DNA from: Massalongia carnosa
Lineage: Eukaryota
NCBI GenBank assembly: GCA_965645245.1
Contig: OZ287070.1
Coordinates: 620,001 to 684,000, forward strand
Direction of reading: 5' to 3'
Length of the DNA: 64,000 nt
Below the pieces are notes generated by a model. It did not search any database and had not been told where the DNA came from. It worked only from the letters and a program-made list of their open reading frames with translations. This document shows positions 51,901 to 64,000 of this stretch, one piece after another. Positions within the stretch are counted from its first letter, which is position 1. Every line of letters begins with the position of its first letter. Made by a program: the position numbers and the translations under genes.

Positions 51901-53002
51901 AATTTCCGTAGCTGATCCACCATGGTATTGATGGTTTGCTGTAATTGTAAAATTTCGCCCCGTGCTGGACGCTGTATCTTCATGCCCAAGTTTCCTTTGG
52001 CTACTGCCGTGGTGACTTCTGCTATTTCTCGTACTTGCAAGGTAAGGTTATTGGCCATAACATTAACTACAAAGCATTAGCATTAGAAATTAGTCGATAA
52101 GTGCAAAATATCTTACCGTTCTCCGTCAACTCTTTCCAGATTCCACTTACGCCGGTAATATGAGCTTGACCACCAAGATTGCCCTCTGTTCCAACTTCTC
52201 GGGCAACTCGAGAAACTTCGCTTGCAAAGCGTTGAAGTTGGCCCATCATGGTATTGATAGTTCTCTTGAACGTAGTAATCTCTGGGTCCATCTCAATGGC
52301 ATGAATTTGTACCTTATGACTTAGATCCCCTTTAGCAACATTTGTGATAATAGTGCCAATCTCCTTGAGAGCCTTCTGAAATGCCTCATTGGCCTGTTGA
52401 TGCTTCAGAAGCTCTCGTTGTAACCTATTGATATCCTCATGCTCAACCTGTACAAATGTCCTTGCCGTCTTCTCCTGCTGTTCATGTAGCTGTTCCCCAA
52501 CGCTAACAATGGTGTCTCTTTGGCTCTTGATCTCTTCGGCCTGCTTTTCAACGTGTTCTCGTAGGTGTGCTAAGTCCTCTTCACTAAATGTACGCCCATT
52601 TGTCCGAACTGCAAGCAAATTAGAAACGTGATTGTTACGTGTTGAACCCAAGCCGTGACGAGTTGACGTATAACTGCCACAGCGCACTGAAACAGCTGAA
52701 CCTTTGATATTGAATGTTGGATTTGGCTCCCCATTCTCATTCGGAGTGTCTGGTAAAGCGGGACTATGCGCTTTATCTTCAAGATAACGAACCCGGGCAG
52801 CAAGAGCTGCCAACTCCAGCTCAAAAGATCGTTTCGCGACTGAAGGATCACCAGGTAGCAGAACCTTCCCAGACCCATGATGGGTTTTGAAGGAGTTTTT
52901 CGAGTGCAGATCAATATCTGCAGGTGTGCAAGAGGGGCCTACAGCTCTTGCTAGATCGCGGACAAAGGCTGTTGCGGCGGTAAGCGTCTCCTCTTGAGCC
53001 AT
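48930..53002 (-). CDS. NIK1: Group III hybrid histidine kinase (poly-HAMP, HisKA, HATPase, receiver); introns 52067-52116 and 48957-49010
   Basis: Tandem HAMP repeats ([14 protein letters not shown]), H-box [34 protein letters not shown], receiver ILLAEDN...LMDVQMP. Confidence 0.97.
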
Positions 53003-54047
53003 GGTGGAAATTAAGTTGTATTCTTAAGTTATACCAGCATAAGAGTTAGTTGAGCTGTCCCAATAGAATACCCGCTCTTTGAAAGATTAGAGCGGGGAGG
53101 TTCGAATGCTCCAGCCACCCCTTATTGCCAGTTGCGAGCAGATTTTTACCTGGAACTAGACCAAGTCATTGAAGTAGCATGAGCAAAGAGATATCTAATA
53201 TTCGCGGTCTTGTAACATCACAGAGCTGAAGGGCTAAGAAGGATATTGTGTGTAAAATGTAAACTGAATGGATCTCCCCGTTTTAAAGAGCGTGAGCGGA
53301 ACGAGATAATGCAGCAATGGTGGAGAGATTGATACAACAATCCAGTTCAAGTGAAGTTCGAAAAGACATGCAGTGAAAGATCCTTAATTATCAGCGATGC
53401 TTCTGGCCTTTGCAATTAAAGTGTAGGGTGGGTGAGTGGGTATAGCTAGAGAAATCTAGGGCGCTCAATGCTTGGCGTGGGGCATACCCAAGAGTGCTAA
53501 GGTGGTTAGTTTGGCCTGTTCCCGCCTCTAGAACCGATCTGCGCGAAAGGGTACGAAGGTACAACACTCTGCACGTGACCTTGCCTCAAGAATGACTGAT
53601 GTTTTCGGCACTGACGCACTTGCACTCATGTCATCCAATTAATCTATTCACAGCTTGGGAACTGAAATAAGTTAATGCGTTAATTGTTCAGTGAATACTC
53701 TGGACCTATGGTTGTTTGCTATTTGAAATGCCTTTTAATAACTATTTGCAGGTTGCTGAATCAACTGACTATCCTCAAATAATTGTCATTGGATATTTGC
53801 TACGTGAGTATAGTGTTCGATGATGCTTGCTAAGTAACTTCAAGCTTATTGCATCGCTAATTAAGCCTTCCAGGTAATTCCAGGGGAATCTCGGGGGAAT
53901 ATAGGGCAGCCGCTATTGGATAAGGTGGCCTCAGGAGGTGCAGCTGGGTTTATTCGCTGCCAGATAGCACAAGACGTAAAGTGTTCCCTATTTAATATAA
54001 GAACAAGGAGATATTCATCAAATGGAACGAGTAGGATGCCTTGACTG

Positions 54048-56009
54048 CTATTTGCGAACCCTTCTTGCGTGCTTAACAAGATTCTCGATCACGCCTTCAA
54101 AAACTTCCTTGTCTCCCAGAGCATTGTCTTTCCTGGTCAACCAATACTCAAGAACCTCACTCGCTCTGATAGTCAGCTCTTCCAGCTTGCGTAAGTGGGC
54201 TCGTAATTCATTGTCGCCAAAGTTGGAAAGTGCAGCATCAGTTGTTGCGCAGAGCATTCTAGTCGGTCCCAAGTCTAGTTCTGGCGGGGGAGGAGGGCCT
54301 TTCCGTTTCCGATTTGATTTGTGTGATGATGATTGGTCAATGGAAGCTGAAGATGTATTATCTTGCTTGAGTCTTACCCTAGAACCATTTCGTCGACCCT
54401 CAGATGGTGAATTGGAGTCGCTGCGTAAGTTTGTTGAAGGAAGAATGAGTTTTTTCTGCTTCGAAGCGGGAAGTATCTCATCTAAGTCTACTGGAACCCC
54501 CAAAGAGACCAAGAAAAGCCGGCGAATGCGTGAACGAACCCAATCAGAAGGTTGTGAAGGTGGGGGGGCGACCAGTTGGGACCATAGAGAAAGGCTTCGA
54601 TCAGTTGGAAAGATAGAATATTTTTCTCCGACATAAGACGTAGGAGGGGGCGTATTTTGGGTCGTAGGGAATAGCTCATCGAGATAAGGCTCGCTAGCTA
54701 TGATGAAGCTTTCTAAAGAGTCAAGCTCTTTGAAGTTAAGAATTGGCTTAACAGTAACGAGAATTAGTAAGGTTCTTCATAAGGGCAATAATAAGGCGAC
54801 ATAGCGTATACGGTTTCCTGTTAGTAATAGATTTACTTACAAAAGGAGATATGTAAGAGGGAAGGGCTCCGTCAGAATCTGCAGGCTTAGATTCCTGCTT
54901 CTTGGGAGATGGGGGTTGCTGAAACTCCTCGTTAAAATCGCCGAAATCATCCTCCAACGCACCCTCCTCAAAGTCATCAAAATCCTCTCCAAATGCATTC
55001 ACATTCGCGATATCTTCAGTGATATCGGCTCCGTAGCCATCCGACCCATCTCCAGACTCTTCATAAACCATTGGGCCAAAGCCCCCGTCTGCGGCTATGG
55101 GTGACGCCCCCTTGATCGATAAAATTCGCTTTCTAGTTATGGAAAGTGTGGATCTATTTAGTGAAAAGGTTGGTAAATCTGACCCAGTCAATCGCTCTCT
55201 GAATGGTAAATTCTGTGGGAGTTCACACTAACCTGGAAAATCCTCCTTCTTCTCCACAATATCAGGCACCGCATCTGCTTTCCTTACGTTATAAGCTTCT
55301 GTTCCCGAAACTTGCCCCTGACCCGGCTTCGAGTCGACTTTCATGAGTAATGTAGTGGGAACTAGGATTTCGCTCAGGTTTTTCTGATCATCCAGGCCAG
55401 AGCTGGAGTCATGGCCAGAATCCAAAGCTTGTACAATGGAGCCTGGGACAGCATCAGCTTTGCGACTCGTGTGCTCTACAGTTCCGGGCACTTCGCCGTG
55501 GCTTGGTGATGCTGAGTCAATCCTCGAGACAATAGTCTTTGGTATAGCAACTCCTCCAGAGGTCGTAGGACGGTCATGGTCGCTCAATCTAGACAGAGGT
55601 CTGCTTCCCTGCCCATCCGGTATAACTTTAATTTCATCCGGAACAGCATCCAGTGCTCTCAAGTCGTACGCAGCTGTACCTGGAACTTCGCCATAGCTTT
55701 CTTGGCTATCAATCTGATAAAGGAGTCAGCATATCGTCCTAAGGAAACCTAAAATTGGGCTTTTGACCTTTTCGAGTCTCGTCAAAGGTATCGGCGAATT
55801 GGTACCGGAAGACGGTCCACGGCCTTCTCGAGCATCTGAAAATATATCCTCCTCATTTTCCGACGTATCTGCTCTACTGTTAGAACAACGCACATAAGGT
55901 GTCTAGAGTTTTAAAGTGCAAGACGAAAGCTCATACCTAAGTCGTGCGCACCAGGATCTTCTAACTCGATACTTTTACGAGGGGGTTGTAATGTCCCACT
56001 CATTGCCAT
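54048..56009 (-). CDS. Conserved fungal protein, LAA2/DUF5102-like, multi-exon
   Basis: Spliced from PRKSIELEDPGAHDL through FGEDFDDFEE/DDFGDF motifs to LVSLGVPVDLDEILP and EVLEYWL...FEGVIENLVKHARRVRK. Family name recalled, not searched. Confidence 0.7.
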
Positions 56010-56322
56010 TGTTGTATATATCAGGGCGTTATGTTTGCGTATGCCTAGACCCTTAAGCTAACGACCTATGTACTCTGTACTAGGCGCTAGATTTTAGCTT
56101 TACCGCGCTTGTTGCTGCGCTTCCGCTCGCGTTGTTACGGGATTTCTACTTCTATAAATTCTTCGTGGTGTCAATATTGATATATTATCAACTAATTCTT
56201 GCCTCATCAACTTCTTCTCCTTACTTCTCTGACACTTGTGTTTCAGTGCTGGGCATGGAACTGAGAAATATTTATTGAAAGTAGCCGAGCTTTCCTTAGC
56301 AATACTTTCAAGCTCCGCTACA

Positions 56323-58583
56323 ATGTCAGACCCCCCGAAACCAACCTCAAGCTCCTTGTTCGCACCAGCTGCTACAAGTGGAAGTAATAACAACATATTC
56401 AGCCAGCAATCTGCTGGTCATACACCGACATCAGGAAGTATCTTTGGATCAACAGAGCCTAGTCCCTTTACCAGCATTCCCGCCACGTCGGGATCCTCTC
56501 TATTTGGCACGGCAGGAAATGCTAGTACCTCCGGTAGCACCCTATTTGGTGTTGGCGATAAGCCAAGCTCAAGTAGCTTTAACTTTGGAGCATCTGGGTC
56601 TGGACAGACAGGCTCTGGAGGCAATCGGCCGTCTGGTACTAGTGCTCCCTCCATGGGTTTTGCAGCATTATCCACGCCAAACAAAACTATCGAATCCATA
56701 GTGCCTGGCCAGACCCAGCCAACAGGGATTTTTGGGGGCCCCAGTAGTGCTGGTGGTGGCGGCTTTTTTGGGAAATCAAGTACATTTAATATCTCATCTA
56801 GCCAAGCAGAAACCTTTACCCCAAATAGCAAACCAAATCCAGAATTATCTTTTTTTACATCTACAACTCCCGCAGGTCCTCCTCCAACTGCCAGTACAGG
56901 AATAGGAATCACTTCCGTCCCAGCGTTTAGCTCAAGCAAAGCACAGGAACAAAAACCCAACTTATTTGGGTCAACGTTACCTCCACAACCAGGCAGTTCT
57001 TCTGGACTAGCAAGTAACGCACAGCCGGCCGCGGGTCTGACCAATAAATTCGGCAGTTTTGGTCAATTAGGGGGCTCGGGGGGGTTGTTTGCATCCAGCA
57101 AACCAGCTGACTCCAGAACGCCTACATCCACCTCTCAGAATACTCCAAGCATTTTCGGAAAACAGGCTGGGGCAAGCCAGCCTGGTGGACTATTTGGCCA
57201 AACAAACAAGCGAAAAGATAATGAATCTAATGGCTCGCAGAATACAGTAACTTCAGACCATAGGCCTGCTGGAGGGGAGCCATCCAAAAACGCCACTACA
57301 AACCCTCCTAGCCTAGTCCCCGGTCTTGGAAATCAACCATCCACAAGCAGCCCAACTACTCAAGCATCTAATGTGTCGCTTTTTGGTAGTACCGCTCAGA
57401 ATAGTTCCGTGGGGACATCCTCATTCAATATTCCCGCTTTAGGAAGCTCCTTCAAGTCAACACCGAGCACCGGAACAGCCCCTAACCTTTTTGGCGCTAT
57501 TGGGGGTATCAGTGTGGGAACGTCAGCACCTCCCGCTAGTGGATCATCGGTGGGACTGTTCTCTCTTGGTACACCGGCAACTAGTGGTGCGGGCTCCACG
57601 CTGACATCAGCTACTACATCAGCCACAACTAGCCAATCAACATTATCAGCATCAGCACCGAAAGTAAATACCTTCGGTAGTCTAGGCCAGCCAACAGCGT
57701 CGTCCTCATCAGCTCAACCTACGGCAACTACAGCTACCTCTGGGACATCTAATACTGTTGGGACTACCAATACTAATCTTGGTACGTCAACAACAGGCCC
57801 ACCCCCTGCAGCCCAGTCACGGCTGAAGAATAAGTCTATGGATGAGATTATTACCAGATGGGCTTCAGATCTTTCTAAATATCAGAAAGAATTTCAAAAA
57901 CAAGCCAAAAAGGTTTCCTTATGGGATCGTATGTTAGTAGAGAACAGTGATAAGATTCAAAAGCTATATGGGAGTACCCTAGAGGCGGAACGAGCCACAA
58001 CGGAAGTCGAGAGGCAGTTAACGGCTGTTGAGAATGACCAGGCAGAGCTCGCCATTTGGCTGGACCACTATGAAAAGGAGGTGAACCAGATGATGTCCAA
58101 TCAAGTTGGTCAAGGAGAATCTCTTCAAGGTCCTGATCAAGAAAGACAGCGAACGTAAGTAGCCTTCTCATAGACGACGGTTGTTTTGCTAATTACATAG
58201 GATAGGTACAATCTGGTGAACCGTCTTTCGGGTCGACTCGAAGAGATGGGAAAAGACCTAGCTGGGATGATTACAGAGATCAACGATGCATCTTCTAACC
58301 TGAGCAAGAACAGTAAGGCTGATGATCCCGTAAGTTTCCTAAAGATCTTCCCGTGTAGGAGACTTCCGCTCATTTGCCATTACTTTAGCTTTCTCAAGTT
58401 GTCCGCGTACTCAACAACCACTTGGCTCAACTGCAACAAATTGATCAAGGCGCTGCGGCTTTGCAAGCCAAGGTAGCTGCTGCACAAAAGGCTAGTCAGA
58501 GCATAGGGCCATCAAGAGGCCTTTTGGGGCCGAGTAGCGATGCTGCCGATGGGTTTTATAGATCTTACATGGGGAGGAGATGA
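56323..58583 (+). CDS. NSP1: FG-repeat nucleoporin Nsp1/Nup62 (3 exons)
   Basis: SLFG/IFG/FG repeats in a Ser/Thr/Gly-rich region, then SRLKNKSMDEIITRWASDL coiled coil and ..VRVLNNHLAQLQQID; stop TGA 58581-58583. Confidence 0.95.
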
Positions 58584-58821
58584 CAGGAAGCCAACTCGCC
58601 AATGCGGGAACGGTTTGCGGTCGTACTTTGGTCGCGTAGAACGTCACAGTCCTCATCAGGGTATACAAATTCCAAATACCCCGTAAAGAGAATGCCCGAA
58701 ACAGTTTTACACACCATTTGGTTACAGTTTGATTATCTCATCCTCCATCTGAGACCCCATTTGATTCCTTCCTTATAGTTTCTCTATTGCCTCCGTTTCC
58801 CGCTTCATGACCCCCTCGCTG

Positions 58822-59349
58822 CTAAGAGTCCTTACTTCCTCCCTTCATGTGCTCTTCCCTGTGAACGATGCCGTAGGCATTAGTCAGCCACCCGCAGCAC
58901 AGGGATACCAAAGGCTAAAGAAGCACCTACACATGTTTGTCGAGCTCATCCAGGTGTTTCTTATGCTCGTTGATCTTGGCTTTCAATGCCTTAAGCCTAA
59001 TAAAAAGCTCTCGGTTGTGAGCAAAGCGTTCTGCCCCCACCCATTTTCTCGATTGATCGGGCAAAGCCGCTTACTTTTCCAGCTCCTTTTCCTTTACATA
59101 CATGGACTCGCTAGCCGCCTCGCGCTTTGAGAAAGCATCGCTGTAATTGAAGTCCATCCGTTAGTACAAGCACTATAGAGTTGCAGTTAAAAAGGTACAG
59201 ATAGCATACGATGAAGCCGAGCCCCCAGATCTAGTTGCGCCGGTGTCACCTTCAGCCATCCAGGTTATGGTGTAGGATATGTTCCGAGCAGTAGGAGGGA
59301 TACCGCGCAGGAAAGGCCTGAAGGCAGTGTTGACAGCTGGTCGAAACAT
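58822..59349 (-). CDS. INH1: Mitochondrial F1Fo-ATPase inhibitor (IATP family), 4 short exons; absent from ORF track
   Basis: Presequence MFRPAVNTAFRPFLRG..., then AEGDTGATRSGG, DAFSKREAASESMYVKEKELEKLKALKAKI..HKKHLDELDKHV; three GT-AG introns. Confidence 0.9.
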
Positions 59350-60390
59350 GTTGAAAGGTAGGTTGGCCTTGGTATTAACAGATCGATCCGATGAAGAGGT
59401 TGCAGGAACGATGTCATAATAGGGTAAAGATTATTGGCATATTTATTCGAACAGGACAAGCCCTTTCTGTCGCGAGTACCCAGTTTTGTGAGAAACAGGT
59501 AGCAGAGATTTTTTAACTGCTTTAAAAGGATTAATTAAGTATGGAACATCTTCAGGGCAGTGAGTTTCAACTCAGAGACGGCGACCAGGTTATGAAGAAA
59601 ACAGGTATTCAATAGGTCCCTACAGAAGAAAAATGAAGGCGAGATAAATAATTATCTCTGCCTGTTAAGGATAAGTACCGCCTTGGATGCAGAGACAACC
59701 ACTAGCAACCATCTACATCATGCGTGGCCTTTATTCAGTGACCCATACTCTGTACCCAGAAGTTACACCCATAAATGAAGCATCAAATTGGGGCTGAGAG
59801 AGATTCGTAGATGTCGAATGAGGCTACCAGTCTAAGATACTTCCGAAAAAGGTTAGATAGGCAGTCAGGAACTTTGTAGGGCTAGTTAGCGTGCCTTCCT
59901 TTGCCATTCGAATTCATCCATCCGCAACCAAACAGCTAACAAACGCTAGACACTCACTCACCTTAAAACCCTTTCCTCTTCGCAAGACATCTTCTCTGTT
60001 ACTCTCCGCTTTACGTAATCAGCTCAACCGTTGCTTCTATTGCCGTGCAGCCGTTTATCCTGTTTCCTTCTCGGTGTCATTAATTTCTCTAGGTAAGCTG
60101 TCTTGTATTTCGTCATTGCTCCGCCCCCGAGTTGGGTTCGATTTGCCTATGAGTGTGAACATTGAAGGTTGAATCCATCCTGGAATCTCATGGCAACTTT
60201 ATAAATGCCATATACGGCTATTTGCTTGTCAATTGTTACTCCCTATCTTGTCTCGGAATGAAAGAACTAGATTGTCACACCGCACAACTTCATTTAGCGC
60301 GCATCATATGCTGGCTCTGACTGCTACTTAAACGTCTCTCTACCAGATAGTATTTGCTAACAGTGTGTCAACCAAACATAGAAGTCAAAG

Positions 60391-61416
<1,026 letters not shown>

Positions 61417-63119
61417 GAGATTTACCTTAGCCTCGAAAGTCAACAGCTATGATGGTACGACGCAAGAGATATTAGACCCGTAAACTAATCCTTAACAAAA
61501 CGAAAGCGACAGAATGCTTGCAGCAAACTTCGCTTTCTCTAGGTTGAGGGCGTTGACATGTTCACTTTCTAATTCCTGTCTCTTTGGTCCGGCTCTCGTA
61601 GCGTGTTCGCTTTCTTTTCTCTTTCTGCAAAATATGAGTCTATTTGGAGGTGCGGCTACGGGGGGGATTCAGACAGGCTGTAGGTAGATTTTCTTGCGTG
61701 CGATCCCACGGAAGGGATTGTTGCCACAGACGCCCCTGCTTTCTTGGGTTTTTCCCAAATGAGGAGCGAATCCTATGGAAAATTCGCTTCCAGCAGATTA
61801 GAAACAACTAAACTTTTCTTAGATCATTTTAGCTTTACCGCTTTTTTCCATTTCTTCTGCAGACACGAGTTTTTGAGCATGTGAATAAATCAACAGAATC
61901 CGTTCTACCTAGAATACACGTCGCGCATAGCTAAGCGCTAGCTTGAATTCCGAACGCGGCTGCCTTTTGAATAAAGATCTCATACCAAGTCACCCCCGTC
62001 GGTAGGGTAAATAGATTACCACCCTAACAAAGCGCAAGCCCTAACTCTCATTTTCTCCCTATCTCCCTCCCTCACCATATCTAGGGCTTTTTGCTCTCTT
62101 TCCTCCATCGTCGTAGCATGAAACCTTGAGCATTGCGAATATTGTCGAAACGGGCCGTCTTTTGAGGTGGTCTAGGATAGATGGTTGGTTGGATAGGTAC
62201 TTGATCTGGTTTGGCCAGGCTTGGGAAAGGTGGTGGGGTAGAAAGAAGGGTGGAATGCTAAGGTCGGCGGTTAGGGTTTTTGTTTTAGCGGGAAGAGGGC
62301 GTAACGAGAACAACCCCCTTCATGAGTCCAGAACCTAGAGAACTTCCCTTTCCGGATTGAGGGTCTTGGGAATGAGGAATTTGGTGAGTCTCTCGCCGTT
62401 GGAAAAAAGGATTCTTAAAATATTCACGGTGTTGGATTTTCATAAGTATAGAATGAATAGGTAGATAGCGTTGGTCACCGATCGATTCATCCATAGGGTT
62501 TGGTATGAAGATTCTAAAAATGAATCCCGGGCGTTTTTTTTCTTTATTTTTTCTTTGGAGCATGAGCAGGGGGGAATGAAATGGAAAGCTTGGGTGGAGA
62601 AAGGAGATATCTACTCAAATAGATAAGAATATCAGCTTGAAGCCTTGCTGACGACCTAGGGACATGGGAATGAACAGGGGCAGAAAAGTCGTCTAAAATG
62701 AAGGTACAACAATGAAAATCCATTTAAAGCAAACACCTAAAATCTGGTTTTTTGATTGGAAAAATCTACCTACATAGATGGAATGGGAGTGAGTAAAGTA
62801 TTACCTGAATTATCCCTCCATGGATCTTGAACTTTTCAGGCTACGTCCTTGATGCAAGAAAGAAACCCACACCGATAACCACTTTGCCCAAGCCCCCCCC
62901 CCTTCCTTGCCTTCGAGAATAAAGGGAAAGGAGATGTATGATCATACCACGTGAAGCCTATGAGGAAATCTGGTCTAGGCTATCGTGAGTGAGGAAATAA
63001 CACGCCATGCCAAAATCACATTTCTTTCATCAACCCCCATCCCGTTTCCACCGAAGTAGCCACCATACCCTTGGAGCGTTTCCGAGACCCAAAACTGGCC
63101 TATTTCCAGCAAAGGTGCT

Positions 63120-63867
63120 CTACAGATCTGGATCATCCTCGTCAGGTAGAGGGTACTTTATGGCGTCCTCCATCTCCTTGTTGTATTGCTGCATGGTAGC
63201 CTCGTCCACTTGAACCTCCGGAGGAGCCAGAGCGTAACCAGCGACAAATTCCTGTAGAACAAAATCATTAACATGGGTGGGAGAATTCGTGCAGGGGAAA
63301 CTGACCAGGTTTGGATTGCCAACAAGTTTCCTAGCCAACCACAGGAAAGGTTTTTCGAAATTATAGTTGGATTTGGCGGAAATATCGTAGTATTGCAGGT
63401 TCTTTTTGCGATGAAAAGTAATGCTCTTTGCCTTGACCTTACGCTCCTTTACATCCACTTTGTTGCCGGTAAGGACAATGGGAACTTGCTCGCAAACACG
63501 GATAAGGTCACCTGTAGCTCTAGTTAGCTCGTAACTTATTTCCTCCTTCATTGACGAAGTGGAAGCTCACGATGCCAGTTTGGCACGTTCTTGTAGGTGA
63601 TACGTGAGGTGACATCGAACATGATAATACCGCACTGTCCGTTGATGTAGTAACCATCTCTTAGACCACCAAATTTCTCCTGGCCAGCAGTATCCCACAC
63701 ATCGAATTGAATACCTCCATAGTTCTATGCACCGGTAAGTATCTAAGAGAGGAAACACGAGCCGGAGGACTCACAGTCGTAAAAGCGAGAGGGTGGACCT
63801 CAACGCCAAGGGTTGCGATGTATTTCTTTTCGAACTCTCCTGTCAAGTGACGCTTCACAAATGTGGT
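63120..63867 (-). CDS. GSP1: Ran GTPase, 5'-partial (first exon(s) lie beyond the window end)
   Basis: [68 protein letters not shown], acidic tail LPDEDDPDL. Confidence 0.97.
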
Positions 63868-64000
63868 CTGAGCAAAGAGATAATTAGCCAAACTGGGAGG
63901 AAATGGAGAATTGCTCCAGGAATGGATGTGGGTTGAGCTTATGGGGGCGCTGCTATAACATCATCCATGGTGGATAGAGATGCTGCTAGAGCCCGTATTG

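Noticed and set aside
50900..52330. Repetitive DNA inside NIK1
   Set aside because: These are the expected poly-HAMP repeats of group III histidine kinases.
53071..53112. Hairpin plus GGTTCGAAT resembling a tRNA T-arm
   Set aside because: No cloverleaf, acceptor stem or A-box; only an 8-bp hairpin in the NIK1 leader.

Overview
Eukaryotic, intron-rich DNA from a filamentous ascomycete (Pezizomycotina; a finer placement cannot be made from this window). About 19 spliced or single-exon protein genes can be reconstructed by hand: APT1, a RidA/YjgF protein, a DUF1772-like membrane protein, an ERD2-like receptor, a Myb/SANT-like protein, an orphan ORF, DOM34, an aldo-keto reductase, a hypothetical protein, a presequence-less dihydroxy-acid dehydratase, an alpha/beta-hydrolase plus Cys-phosphatase fusion, RPS19, a ULS1/RIS1-type SNF2-RING ATPase, the group III histidine kinase NIK1/OS-1, a LAA2/DUF5102-like protein, NSP1, the ATPase inhibitor INH1 (absent from the ORF track), a 14-3-3 protein and the 3' part of Ran. 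An accessory patch at about 5-14.7 kb holds three TA-flanked DNA elements packed end to end (Fot1/pogo-like, an intron-containing Tigger/CENP-B-like element, and a MITE), a second MITE and decayed gene relics. I found no clear-cut novel multi-gene system. The best leads are recurrent C-rich to G-rich skew switches independent of gene orientation, a TAC[AG]G[AC]GTA intergenic motif family, the hydrolase/RNA-phosphatase-type fusion, and an orphan protein with an array of Atg8-interacting-like motifs. All family assignments come from motif recognition, not database searches.
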